A stretch of DNA of 37,851 nt from Pseudooctadecabacter sp. (GTDB lineage Bacteria > Pseudomonadota > Alphaproteobacteria > Rhodobacterales > Rhodobacteraceae). Shown in pieces: positions 27,614 to 37,794 of the stretch; positions within the stretch are counted from its first letter, which is position 1, and each line of letters starts with the position of its first letter. The stretch spans positions 1 to 37,851 of the forward strand of contig JAHDFG010000001.1 of assembly GCA_020628265.1 (NCBI GenBank), given 5' to 3'. The notes below the pieces were generated by a model, which saw only the letters and a list, made by a program, of their open reading frames with translations, did no database searches and was not told where the DNA came from. Made by a program: the position numbers and the translations under genes.

Positions 27614-29334
27614 ACGGACAGCACCGATCCTGTCACCGGATTCGGCCGATAGGTTGTGCAACCTTTGCAGCCGGCACGATAGGCGCTCCGGTACACTTCC
27701 TCAAAATCGGCAAAGCTGATGTCTTCGGGGCAATTGACCGTTTTCGAAATCCCGCTGTCGACCCATGCTTGGGCCGCGGCTTGCATGGTCACATGATCTT
27801 CGGGCGAAAGGTCTTGCGCGGTCACAAAGCTGTCCGGCAAAGGTGTGTCCGATCCGAAAATCTGCCCGTGGCGCCACACTGCATAGTCCATCACTTCCTC
27901 TTTCGTTTTCTCGCCCCCCGGCTGAGTGACAGTGCGGGTGTAGGACGTGGAAAAGATCGGCTCGATCCCCGATGAAACGTTGCCGGCAAACATCGAGATT
28001 GTTCCCGTCGGGGCAACCGTGGTCAATGTGCCATTGCGCAGCCCGTGCGTCCGGATTTCAGCCAAGACCTCCGGATCAAGGGAGCGGATGCTTGGCGCCT
28101 TGAGGTGTTTATGCACATTAAAGACGGGGAAAGCGCCTCGTTCTTCAGCGAGGCGGGCGGAGGCAAGATAGGCCGCGTTCTGGATGCTCTGCATCCATGT
28201 ACCCAACAGGAAGACGGCCTTGGACGATCCGTACTTGGCCCCGAGCATGGCAATGGCGTCCGCGACACCAGTAACTCCGATCCCGATACGCCGTTGCCGT
28301 TGTGCTTGATTGCGTTGCTCAGGAAGGGCGAAACGCGAGACATCGAGCGCGTTGTCCAACATCCGCACTGCAATCGCAGTCAGTTCCCGCAATTGCCCCA
28401 TGTCCATCCGTGCCGAGGCCGTGAAAGGGGCCTCGACCAATTGGGCAAGGTTGATTGACGCCAGCGGACATGTGCCAAAGGGGGGCAGGGGCTGTTCGGC
28501 GCAGGAGTTTGTCGCGGATATCGTTTCCAGATACCCTAGCGGGTTGGCGTCGTTGATCCTGTCGATGAACAGGACGCCAGGTTCGGCCGTAGCGTATGTC
28601 TGTTTCATGATCGCAGTCCACAGATCACGCGCGCGCAGGCGGCGCATGACCTCTCCATTCCAGACAAGATCCCACGGGGTGTCGTCCTCGACGGCCTTCA
28701 TGAAGGCGTCCGTGACCATGACGGAGAGGTTGAAATTGCGCAGTCGCGTCCGGTCTGACTTCGCCATGACAAAGGCTTCCACATCGGGGTGATCGCACCG
28801 CAGCGTGGCCATCATTGCGCCGCGCCCCATACCGGTGACCAACATCTTGCAGGTGGCGTCGAAGATATCCATCGCAGCGAGCGGGCCCGCAGCGGGACAA
28901 TCGAGTCCGCGGACTTCGGTGCCGGAGGGACGTAGTGTCGAGAAGTCGAAGCCGATGCCGCCCCCCATCTGCATTGTCAGCGCCGCATCGCTGAGTGTTT
29001 GCATGATGCCGGAAACGGAGTCCGGAATGGTCCGCATGACAAAGGTGTTCGACAACGTCACATTGCGGGCCGTGCCGCTCCCGGCCAAAATGCGGCCCGC
29101 AGGCAGCAACTTGAATTCCGACATGGCGGACAGAAATGTCGCCTCGACAATGGATCGCGTTTCATCGGGCTCAGGTGCGGCCAATCCCCGCGCAACACGC
29201 CGAAACGTATCGTCGATCGTTTTGTCGATATCGACGCCCTGCGATCTATACCTATATTTAGAATTCCAGATTTGCTCCGCAATTGGTTGCGAAAAGGCAA
29301 ATGGCGCTTTTCGCGCGTAGTTCACTTCCATCAT
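27610..29334 (-). CDS. nrdJ: Adenosylcobalamin-dependent (class II) ribonucleotide reductase-like protein, catalytic barrel only, proximal redox Cys replaced
   Basis: LPAGRI, GGGIGFDFS.LRP, RGAMM..L..DHPD, EPGVLFIDRIN, TNSCAEQPLPP, RRIGIGVTG, APTGTIS, SSGIEP, ISKTVN, KGCTTYRP. Confidence 0.85.
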   Translation of the reverse strand: MMEVNYARKAPFAFSQPIAEQIWNSKYRYRSQGVDIDKTIDDTFRRVARGLAAPEPDETRSIVEATFLSAMSEFKLLPAGRILAGSGTARNVTLSNTFVMRTIPDSVSGIMQTLSDAALTMQMGGGIGFDFSTLRPSGTEVRGLDCPAAGPLAAMDIFDATCKMLVTGMGRGAMMATLRCDHPDVEAFVMAKSDRTRLRNFNLSVMVTDAFMKAVEDDTPWDLVWNGEVMRRLRARDLWTAIMKQTYATAEPGVLFIDRINDANPLGYLETISATNSCAEQPLPPFGTCPLASINLAQLVEAPFTASARMDMGQLRELTAIAVRMLDNALDVSRFALPEQRNQAQRQRRIGIGVTGVADAIAMLGAKYGSSKAVFLLGTWMQSIQNAAYLASARLAEERGAFPVFNVHKHLKAPSIRSLDPEVLAEIRTHGLRNGTLTTVAPTGTISMFAGNVSSGIEPIFSTSYTRTVTQPGGEKTKEEVMDYAVWRHGQIFGSDTPLPDSFVTAQDLSPEDHVTMQAAAQAWVDSGISKTVNCPEDISFADFEEVYRSAYRAGCKGCTTYRPNPVTGSVLSV

Positions 29335-29359
29335 CTCACGCCCACCCAGGTTTCGTTGA

Positions 29360-29398
29360 TTAACTTTCTATTAACGACCTATGTTAAGATTTCGTTAA
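29360..29398. promoter_or_regulatory. Two full CtrA boxes in opposite orientation
   Basis: TTAA-CTTTCTA-TTAAC (29360-29375, plus) and GTTAA-GATTTCG-TTAA (29383-29398, minus); both match TTAA-N7-TTAAC. Confidence 0.75.
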
Positions 29399-29512
29399 TT
29401 CGACGATGGAAATGGTTAATTGGTTAACAGTGCCTTCGAGCGCAAAACAGCTCGCGCGAATTTGTTTTTCTGCGGATTCATCTTCATTTTTATCCATCCT
29501 CTGCTGGACATG

Positions 29513-29528
29513 TTAGGGCGGCCTTAAC
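29513..29528 (+). promoter_or_regulatory. Near-consensus CtrA box upstream of the GST gene
   Basis: TTAG-GGCGGCC-TTAAC, one mismatch. Confidence 0.5.
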
Positions 29529-29576
29529 GGGCCGTGGGTAGATGTCTTCGCGGGGCACTCGGAACGGGAGAAATCT

Positions 29577-30209
29577 ATGAATAAGTTGTATGCGTGTTTG
29601 GGGTCTGGAAATTGTATGAAGCCTTGGTTGGCCATGAATCAACTCGGGGTCGAATTTGAATTAACTCTTATTGATGTCCTGTCGGGAGAACAGAAATCCA
29701 ACGACTTTCTTTCAGTCAATCCATTGGGCGTTGTGCCCTTTTTCGTGACATCCGAAGGTCAGGGGATTGGCGAAAGCAACGCAATCCTTTGGTATCTGGC
29801 CGAAGGTACGGATCTGATGCCGCAATCACCCGCAGAACGAGCCGAAGCGTTGCAATGGATGTTTTTTGAGCAATCTAAGTTGGAGCCGTTCATTTCACCC
29901 GCGCGGTTTTTCACGACAATTTTGCCGACCATGCGTGAGGAACGGGCGGAGGACATTGCGAATTGGCAGGCCGCAGCGCGTCCGGGCTTGGCGCGGCTCG
30001 ATGCACATCTGTCATACAACCAGTTTGTACTGGCGTCCGGCTACTCCGTCGCAGACATTGCTCTGTTCGGATATGTTCATGTCATGGAAGAAGCTGGTCT
30101 GGACCCTCAGCTGACACCGCATGTGACGCGGTGGATCAATGATGTAGCAAACACCAAAGGGTTTGCGCCGCTGTCACACCTGGGTCAGAACGTACGGGTG
30201 GCGGCCTGA
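29577..30209 (+). CDS. Glutathione S-transferase family protein
   Basis: SGNCMK, NPLGVVP, ESNAILWYLAE, YSVADIALF motifs. Confidence 0.9.
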   Translation: MNKLYACLGSGNCMKPWLAMNQLGVEFELTLIDVLSGEQKSNDFLSVNPLGVVPFFVTSEGQGIGESNAILWYLAEGTDLMPQSPAERAEALQWMFFEQSKLEPFISPARFFTTILPTMREERAEDIANWQAAARPGLARLDAHLSYNQFVLASGYSVADIALFGYVHVMEEAGLDPQLTPHVTRWINDVANTKGFAPLSHLGQNVRVAA

Positions 30210-30251
30210 TTTGATTTGGCTACGCTCGCCTCTAGGTAGAGGATCAATGCA

Positions 30252-32309
30252 ATGAAACAGACGATGGCACAAACACTGGCGCTTGATCAAACCTCCCCGA
30301 CAACAGTCGGGGGGGAGTTCGATTTTGCGTACCGGTTGGACACCGCGTTGTGGGTATTTGATATCGACCATGCGCGGATCCTGAATGCCAATGCGGCTGC
30401 TTGTGAACTTTGGGCTGCCAAGGATGAGGAAGAGCTTCGCGCAAGGGAATTTGCGTCGACCATGTCGACATCCGTCTCGAATCGCCTGCGCCAGTATCAG
30501 ACGGATTTTTCCAATTCGGATCAAAAGTTTACGGAGCTTTGGACGCTTTATCCCAACGGAGTGCCCAACAGCGTCATGGTGATTTTCAAGCGCTTCGTTT
30601 TGCCAGATCAACGCATGGCGATGTTGTGCGAAGCGGTTGGCAATTCGGTCGAACAGGCTGATAATGTCCGCAGTGCCGAAGCGTTGCTGCACACGGACGT
30701 CCTTATCTCGTTGTTCAACCGCTCCGGCCCCTCCCTCTATCTCAATCCTGCAGCGCGTAATGCTTTCTTGGGAAATACCGTCGACCTTTCCGACTTGTTT
30801 GAAAACCAGCAGGACTGCCAGAGAATTCTCCGACAGGTTGATCAAACGGGCGAGATGCGACTTGTGACAAAGCTGCGGACCGCACATGGGGTCCGTTGGT
30901 TTGATTTGACTGTCAAAAACTGTTTGGATGCTGCCACAGGCGATCCAGCGCTGCTTCTGACATGCATCGATGTCAGCGAGTTGAAGGAAGCCCGCGATAC
31001 CGCGCGGCACCTTGCCGACCGCGATCAACTGACCAATCTTTACAACAGGTCGTTCCTGCAAAGCCATCTGGCATGGCTTGAGGAACGGCATGCGGCCGAG
31101 GGGTGCGCCATCGTTTTTTTCGATGTGGACCGGTTCAAACAGATCAACGACCGCTATGGTCATGAGGCGGGCGATGCTGTGCTGCGCAACATTGCCATCC
31201 GTGCGCGCGCCGTCCTTAACCCTGAGGATATGATTGCGCGCTTGGGCGGGGACGAATTTGTCGTGGTGATTGAGGGTAAGGATAGTACGGCGGATATCGA
31301 AGACCGGATCGACCGCATTCGCAGGGCAATCGCAAAACCGATGGTCTACGACCAGACCCGATTTGACGTGACCGTGAGTGTCGGCGTCGCCCGCTACGGA
31401 GATGACACCGATTCCTTTTCGGATGTGCTGCGTCAGGCGGATATTGCACTTTACGTGTCCAAGCAGGGTGGGCGGAATAAGGTTACGGTCTTTGACGTGG
31501 AAATGGGCGACGCGGTTGCGGCCCGCGACCGGCTTGAGATTGAGTTGAAGGAGGCCGTCGCCCAGAATCAGTTTGTTCTTTATTTCCAACCCCGCCTCAA
31601 TATTGAGTCCCGTGAGATCGTCGGTGTCGAAGGCCTCGTGCGGTGGAACCATCCGACGCGGGGCATCGTGATGCCCAATGACTTCATTCCGGTATGCGAG
31701 GAGACCGGTCTTATCGACGATTTGGGACGGATTGTTCTGGAGCAGGGTTGCAAGCAGGCCATCGAATGGCACAAAGCGGGCCGCAGGCTGAATGTCTCAC
31801 TCAACGTATCGCCGCGCCAATTCTCGGACCCCCAGTTCCTTGATACGTTGCGCGCGATTGCGTCTCAGGACGGTTTCCCGTCTGGACAGATTGAATTGGA
31901 AATCACTGAGAACGTGCTGATTGGGGACGATCAATTGATTGCCGAAAAGCTAAAGGCCATAACGGCAATGGGCTATGGTGTGGCCATTGACGATTTCGGC
32001 ACGGGCTATTCGAACCTTGCCTATATCTCTCGGTTTCCACTGACCTGTATCAAGATCGACCGGTCTTTCATCCAGCAATTGCCCGAGACCGGACCTCTTG
32101 TGCAATTGATCCTGACCTTGGGGGAACAGATCGGCGCGTGTGTTGTCTCCGAAGGTGTTGAGACGGTCGAACAGCTGAACTGGCTGAATGATCGGGCTTG
32201 CGCCGAGGCGCAGGGGTACCTGATCACGCGCCCGATGCCCGCCAGTGAATTATCCGAATTCATCAAGGAATTCCCGGAATCCGAGGTGGCACAGGCGCTG
32301 GCCGGCTAG
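30252..32309 (+). CDS. Cytoplasmic PAS-like/GGDEF/EAL diguanylate cyclase-phosphodiesterase
   Basis: DQLTNLYNR, DVDRFKQINDRYGHEAGD, RLGGDEF; EGLVRW, ELEITE, DDFGTGYS, KIDRSF, EGVET, QGY. Confidence 0.92.
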   Translation: MKQTMAQTLALDQTSPTTVGGEFDFAYRLDTALWVFDIDHARILNANAAACELWAAKDEEELRAREFASTMSTSVSNRLRQYQTDFSNSDQKFTELWTLYPNGVPNSVMVIFKRFVLPDQRMAMLCEAVGNSVEQADNVRSAEALLHTDVLISLFNRSGPSLYLNPAARNAFLGNTVDLSDLFENQQDCQRILRQVDQTGEMRLVTKLRTAHGVRWFDLTVKNCLDAATGDPALLLTCIDVSELKEARDTARHLADRDQLTNLYNRSFLQSHLAWLEERHAAEGCAIVFFDVDRFKQINDRYGHEAGDAVLRNIAIRARAVLNPEDMIARLGGDEFVVVIEGKDSTADIEDRIDRIRRAIAKPMVYDQTRFDVTVSVGVARYGDDTDSFSDVLRQADIALYVSKQGGRNKVTVFDVEMGDAVAARDRLEIELKEAVAQNQFVLYFQPRLNIESREIVGVEGLVRWNHPTRGIVMPNDFIPVCEETGLIDDLGRIVLEQGCKQAIEWHKAGRRLNVSLNVSPRQFSDPQFLDTLRAIASQDGFPSGQIELEITENVLIGDDQLIAEKLKAITAMGYGVAIDDFGTGYSNLAYISRFPLTCIKIDRSFIQQLPETGPLVQLILTLGEQIGACVVSEGVETVEQLNWLNDRACAEAQGYLITRPMPASELSEFIKEFPESEVAQALAG

Positions 32310-32404
32310 GTGCCACGACCCGACATTCCGGTTTTTTCTCGACAGACCCGTTGCAGATGGTGCAGACAAATTGCTTAACGCAATGTCGCAAACCGGGGGC
32401 TAAA

Positions 32405-33436
32405 GTGGCGGGAAACAGGGTCAAGAATATGGAGGAGTTTGCCTCGCTCAGCGGCATCTCGCGCCCGACCCTGTCGAAGTACTTTCACGACCCTGAAAGC
32501 GTGCGGCACACCACACGTGACCGTATCGAAAAAGCGCTGGAGGAGCACGACTACCAGCCAAACATCTACGCGATGAACCAGAACCGCCGCACGACGAACC
32601 ACATAGGGATTGTCGTGCCGTTTCTGGCAGACCCCTTCTTTGCCGAGATCGCTCGAAATCTGGAACAGCGGTGTATCGCTGCGGGCTTTTCGCCCATCTT
32701 GTTCAGTTCGCACGGCGCACCCGACCTTGAAGTGAATATTCTGGACAGCCTTCGGTCGCAGAAGCCCGCGGGGGTGCTGATGGCGCCGCTGGGACGGGCA
32801 TCGGACAAGGCCCATATCGAACGTTTCTCAAGGGATATTCCGACGGTACTGTTTGACAGCAGCATCGGGGGTTTGGGGGCCGCATTTGTCGGCATGGACA
32901 ACGGACAGTCCATGCGCATGCTCGTGGATTACCTCTGTGACACAGGCACCGCACCGCAATTTTTCGAGATGGAAACCGCCGTCAACCCGAACGTAAACCG
33001 ACGTCGGAACGCCTATCTGGCGGCAATGGAGGCCCGTGGTGAACCAGCTTCGATTGTAAAGATCGAAGGTGATGGATGGGACTTTGAAGAGATTGGCCGC
33101 CGTGGTGGTCATGCGGCTTTCGACGCCGGCCAGTTCAAATCCGGCACGATCCTGTGTTCCAACGATCGTCTGGCCATCGGTCTGCTGTCGGCAGCGTTTC
33201 AGCGTGGATTGAGGGTCGGAAGGGGCGAGGGGGCCGATATCCGCGTGGCGGGCCACGACGACCACCCGTTCTCAAAATTCACATGCCCGGCGCTGACAAC
33301 GGTGTCACAGGACTATGACCGGATTTCCGGCAAGAGCCTCGATATACTTTTGGGGCTCATGGATTCGGATGACCGGTTGTCACAACGGCAAGAAGTGCTG
33401 TTTGACGGTATCCTGATCAAACGCGAGTCCGCCTGA
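32405..33436 (+). CDS. LacI-family regulator of the polyol operon
   Basis: HTH MEEFASLSGISRPTLSKYF; CSNDRLAIG, PALTTVSQD; GTG at 32405 preferred as start (uncertain). Confidence 0.88.
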   Translation: MAGNRVKNMEEFASLSGISRPTLSKYFHDPESVRHTTRDRIEKALEEHDYQPNIYAMNQNRRTTNHIGIVVPFLADPFFAEIARNLEQRCIAAGFSPILFSSHGAPDLEVNILDSLRSQKPAGVLMAPLGRASDKAHIERFSRDIPTVLFDSSIGGLGAAFVGMDNGQSMRMLVDYLCDTGTAPQFFEMETAVNPNVNRRRNAYLAAMEARGEPASIVKIEGDGWDFEEIGRRGGHAAFDAGQFKSGTILCSNDRLAIGLLSAAFQRGLRVGRGEGADIRVAGHDDHPFSKFTCPALTTVSQDYDRISGKSLDILLGLMDSDDRLSQRQEVLFDGILIKRESA

Positions 33437-33449
33437 TTTCCAACGGAAA

Positions 33450-33484
33450 TTTACGCGCGTAAAAAATTTGTTGACGCGCGTAAA
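33450..33484. promoter_or_regulatory. Tandem LacI-type operators overlapping a likely -35 of the smo operon
   Basis: TTTACGCGCGTAAA (33450-33463, perfect palindrome) and TTGACGCGCGTAAA (33471-33484). Confidence 0.75.
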
Positions 33485-33536
33485 CTTTCTGACGCAAGGT
33501 TACGTCAGTTAGTTCATCTACCAGGGAGGAAATTAG

Positions 33537-34817
33537 ATGAAACTCAAGAGCGCACTCCGTGCGGCGACCGCACTTACGGTATTGGCCGGTGCGGCCCAGG
33601 CCCAAGAGCTCACGATCGCAATCGTGAACAACGGCCACATGATCAACATGCAGACCGTTGCTGAAGCTTACACCGAAGAAACCGGCGTCGCCCTCAACTG
33701 GGTGTCTCTGGAAGAAGGCGTTCTGCGCGAGCAGGTTACGTCCGACACCGCAACCGGTGGTGGTCAGTACGACATCATCAACATTGGTATGCAGGAAGCT
33801 CCGATCTGGGGTCAGGCTGGCTGGATCGAGCCGCTGAACTTCAGCGACGACTACGACGTGGAAGACATTCTGCCCGCGATGCGCGCAGGTCTGTCCTACG
33901 AAGGCACGCTTTACGCAGCACCCTTCTACGGCGAAAGCTCCATGGTGATGTATCGCGGTGATCTGGCCGATGCGGCTGGTGTGACCATTGCGGACAACGA
34001 CAGCTGGGAAAACGTTAAGGCAGCGGCTGCTGCGATGCACGATCCCGACAACGGCGTTTACGGCGCATGCTTGCGCGGCAAGCCCGGTTGGGGCGACAAC
34101 GGCGCATTCATCACGACCGTTGCAAACTCCTTTGGCGCGGCTTGGTTTGACGCCGACATGCGTCCGCAGCTTGACAGCGAAGAGTGGAACAATGCCGTTT
34201 CCTTCTACGTAGACCTGCTGCAGTCCTACGGTCCTCCGGGATCCGAAGGGAACTCCTTCAACGAAATCCTCGCTCTGTACAATGAAGACAAGTGCGGCCT
34301 GTGGATCGACGCCACGATCGCTGCATCCTTCCTTGAGAACGAGAACGTCCGTTACGCACAGTCCCCGAACGCTGGCAACCCTGTTGGCGCGAACTGGCTG
34401 TGGGCGTGGGCCTTCGCAATCCCTGCGGGTTCCCCCAACGCTGAAGCCGCTCAGGACTTCATCGAGTGGGCGACCTCCAAAGACTACGTTCAGGCCGTGG
34501 GCAACCACCCCGAATTCGGCTGGGGCTCCGTTCCCACCGGTCAGCGTGCCTCTACCTACGAGATCCCTGAATTCCAGGCTGTCGCAGGTTTCGCAGAAGC
34601 TGAACTTGCTGCAATCGACAGCGCAGCACCTGAAGCAACCGAGCTGAAGCCTTACGTTGGCGTCCAGTTCGTGGCGATCCCGGAATTCCCGGAAATCGGT
34701 TCTGCCTTCGGTCAGGAAATGGCTGCGGCCCTTTCCGGTGCGAAGACGGTTGAAGAAGCACTGGCCGATGCACAGGCTGCTGCAGACGCAATCATGCAGG
34801 AAGCTGGCTACTACTAA
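33537..34817 (+). CDS. smoE: Polyol (sorbitol/mannitol) ABC transporter substrate-binding protein
   Basis: Signal peptide; IAIVNNGHM, LEEGVLREQVT, APFYGESS, CLRGKPGWG, WIDAT, WLWAW, YVGVQFVAIPEF. Confidence 0.85.
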   Translation: MKLKSALRAATALTVLAGAAQAQELTIAIVNNGHMINMQTVAEAYTEETGVALNWVSLEEGVLREQVTSDTATGGGQYDIINIGMQEAPIWGQAGWIEPLNFSDDYDVEDILPAMRAGLSYEGTLYAAPFYGESSMVMYRGDLADAAGVTIADNDSWENVKAAAAAMHDPDNGVYGACLRGKPGWGDNGAFITTVANSFGAAWFDADMRPQLDSEEWNNAVSFYVDLLQSYGPPGSEGNSFNEILALYNEDKCGLWIDATIAASFLENENVRYAQSPNAGNPVGANWLWAWAFAIPAGSPNAEAAQDFIEWATSKDYVQAVGNHPEFGWGSVPTGQRASTYEIPEFQAVAGFAEAELAAIDSAAPEATELKPYVGVQFVAIPEFPEIGSAFGQEMAAALSGAKTVEEALADAQAAADAIMQEAGYY

Positions 34818-34832
34818 GCCAAACTCCCAGTG

Positions 34833-34858
34833 GGGATCCGGCCTTACGGTCGGGTCCC
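34833..34858 (+). other. Intercistronic stem-loop after smoE (mRNA stabiliser or partial terminator)
   Basis: GGGATCCGGCC-TTAC-GGTCGGGTCCC, 11-bp stem with two G-U pairs. Confidence 0.55.
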
Positions 34859-34982
34859 TCACGCAAAGTTTGATCGTCGCGTGATCTACCAGATATCGTA
34901 AATCTTACATCCGCGACGCCCGCCCAATCGAAATGCAGACACGTGTCGCGCCCTTTCACTTGAGTTGAGAGCCGAGAAAGCT

Positions 34983-35921
34983 ATGGCCAATCGCACCATC
35001 CCTCGCTTGCTACAGACCCCCGCAGTCCTGCTGCTGTTGTTCTGGATGCTTGTTCCGCTGAGCATGACGCTCTTTTTCTCGTTTATTCGCTACGTGCTGA
35101 ACAGCTTGCGTCGGCCGGAATGGACGACACCGTCGATCGAAAACTGGCGCGGTTTCGGAAACTACCAATTTGTCTGGAACCAGGATTCCTTTTGGCTCGC
35201 GATCCAGAACTCGCTGTTGATCGTGTGCTCCATCCTTTTCCTGACCGTGTCGCTTGGCGTGCTGATCGCGGTACTGATCAACCGGACCTTCCCGGGGCGC
35301 GGGATTGTGCGTGTCCTCCTGATCTCGCCCTTCTTTGTGATGCCGGCCGTGAACGCGGTTCTGTGGATCAACATGATCCTTGATCCGGTTCTGGGCCTGC
35401 AAGGCATCGCCGTGAACGGTATCAATGACTTTATCGACGGCATGCGCACAGCGCCGGTCCTAGGCGGGTTCTTCTCGCTCTGGCCTGAATTTGAACCGAT
35501 CTCGTTCCGCGCCACGCAAACCTCCGCCTATGCGGTCATCATGATGGTGACGTGGCAGTGGACGCCCTTTGCAGTCCTGATCTTCATGACGTCCCTGCAG
35601 TCCGAGGACCAGCAGCAGAAAGAAGCGGCCATTCTGGACGGGGCAGGGGCATGGAACCAGTTCCGGTTCCTGACACTGCCACACCTCGCACGACCGATCG
35701 CGATTGTCGTGATGATCCAGGCGATTTTCCACCTCAGCCTCTATGCAGAGATCGAGATCGTCAGCCGCGGCAACGGCAACAAGAACCTGCCCTATTACAT
35801 CGGGGAACTGGTCAACAATAACATCGGTGCGGCCTCTGCCACGGGTATCTTTGCCGTCATCCTCGCAAACATCGTCGCCATCTTCCTGCTTCGGATGATC
35901 GGCAAGACGTTGATGGAGTAA
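34983..35921 (+). CDS. smoF: Polyol ABC transporter permease
   Basis: LISPFFVMP, WQWTPFA, EAAILDGA (EAA loop), LTLPHL. Confidence 0.85.
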   Translation: MANRTIPRLLQTPAVLLLLFWMLVPLSMTLFFSFIRYVLNSLRRPEWTTPSIENWRGFGNYQFVWNQDSFWLAIQNSLLIVCSILFLTVSLGVLIAVLINRTFPGRGIVRVLLISPFFVMPAVNAVLWINMILDPVLGLQGIAVNGINDFIDGMRTAPVLGGFFSLWPEFEPISFRATQTSAYAVIMMVTWQWTPFAVLIFMTSLQSEDQQQKEAAILDGAGAWNQFRFLTLPHLARPIAIVVMIQAIFHLSLYAEIEIVSRGNGNKNLPYYIGELVNNNIGAASATGIFAVILANIVAIFLLRMIGKTLME

Positions 35922-35927
35922 TCAGAC

Positions 35928-36761
35928 ATGGCCATCGTTGCACAACATACCAAATTCTCGAAGATCGCATGGCCCGTGCTGGCCTGGGTCGTTGCCCTGA
36001 TCTTCTTCTTTCCAATCGCCTACATGGTCCTGACCAGCTTCAAGACGGACGCGGATGCGGTGAAGCCGGAGTTCCTGTTCAGCTTCACGCCGACGCTGGA
36101 AAACTACGCGAACATGACGGACAACTATGACTACTGGCGGTTTGCCCGCAACTCGGTCATCACCTCCGTCTTCGCGACGATCTTCACGCTGGTGGTTGCG
36201 ATCCCGTGTTCCTATGCCATGGCATTCAACCCCAGCCGTGGGACCAAGGACATCCTGATGTGGATGCTGTCGACCAAGATGCTGCCAGCGGCCGCAGTGC
36301 TTTACCCGATGATCTTCATGACCAAGGCGGCGGGACTCTATGACACGCACTTCTTGATCGTGATGGTGCTGAGCCTGATCAACTTGCCAATCGCCATCTG
36401 GATGCTGTTCACCTACTTCAAGGACATCCCCAAGGACATCATCGAAGCAGGACAGATGGACGGCCTGAACACTTGGGGCGAAGTCCGCGAGATCCTGATC
36501 CCGCTGGCTTGGGGCGGCATCGCGTCGACGGCCCTGCTGGTCTTCATCTTCTGCTGGAACGAAGCCTACTGGACCGTGCGTTTGACCACCACGGAAGCGG
36601 CCACGCTCTCCAAACTTATCGAAGGCAACCGCGCACCGGAGGGGCTGTTCTTTGGCCGCCTGTCGGCCGTGTCCACCGCCGCCGTCGGCCCGATCGTGGT
36701 GCTGGGGTGGTTCTGCCAGAAACAACTCGTCCAAGGCCTGACCTTCGGCGCCGTGAAATAA
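35928..36761 (+). CDS. smoG: Polyol ABC transporter permease
   Basis: [28 protein letters not shown]. Confidence 0.85.
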   Translation: MAIVAQHTKFSKIAWPVLAWVVALIFFFPIAYMVLTSFKTDADAVKPEFLFSFTPTLENYANMTDNYDYWRFARNSVITSVFATIFTLVVAIPCSYAMAFNPSRGTKDILMWMLSTKMLPAAAVLYPMIFMTKAAGLYDTHFLIVMVLSLINLPIAIWMLFTYFKDIPKDIIEAGQMDGLNTWGEVREILIPLAWGGIASTALLVFIFCWNEAYWTVRLTTTEAATLSKLIEGNRAPEGLFFGRLSAVSTAAVGPIVVLGWFCQKQLVQGLTFGAVK

Positions 36762-36789
36762 CGCGCAGCTGCGCACAGAGGAATACGAA

Positions 36790-37790
<1,001 letters not shown>

Positions 37791-37794
<4 letters not shown>

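Noticed and set aside
27610-29334. nrdJ-like gene as a decaying pseudogene
   Set aside because: No frameshift or internal stop, core motifs are retained, the end falls at a domain boundary with a coupled downstream gene, and no remnant of the lost tail is visible. Not fully excluded without homolog comparison.
29335-29576. Cobalamin riboswitch or NrdR boxes upstream of the nrdJ-like gene
   Set aside because: No B12-box or NrdR-like palindrome recognised by eye; the TTAA pattern fits CtrA sites better. A covariance search would be decisive.
30174-31772. Long antisense ORF (532 aa) and similar shadow ORFs, e.g. 426-1490, 3014-3946, 10067-11095, 19140-20114, 33417-34862, 36616-37797
   Set aside because: Each lies opposite a well-supported gene and has no recognisable motifs; long antisense frames are expected in GC-rich coding DNA.
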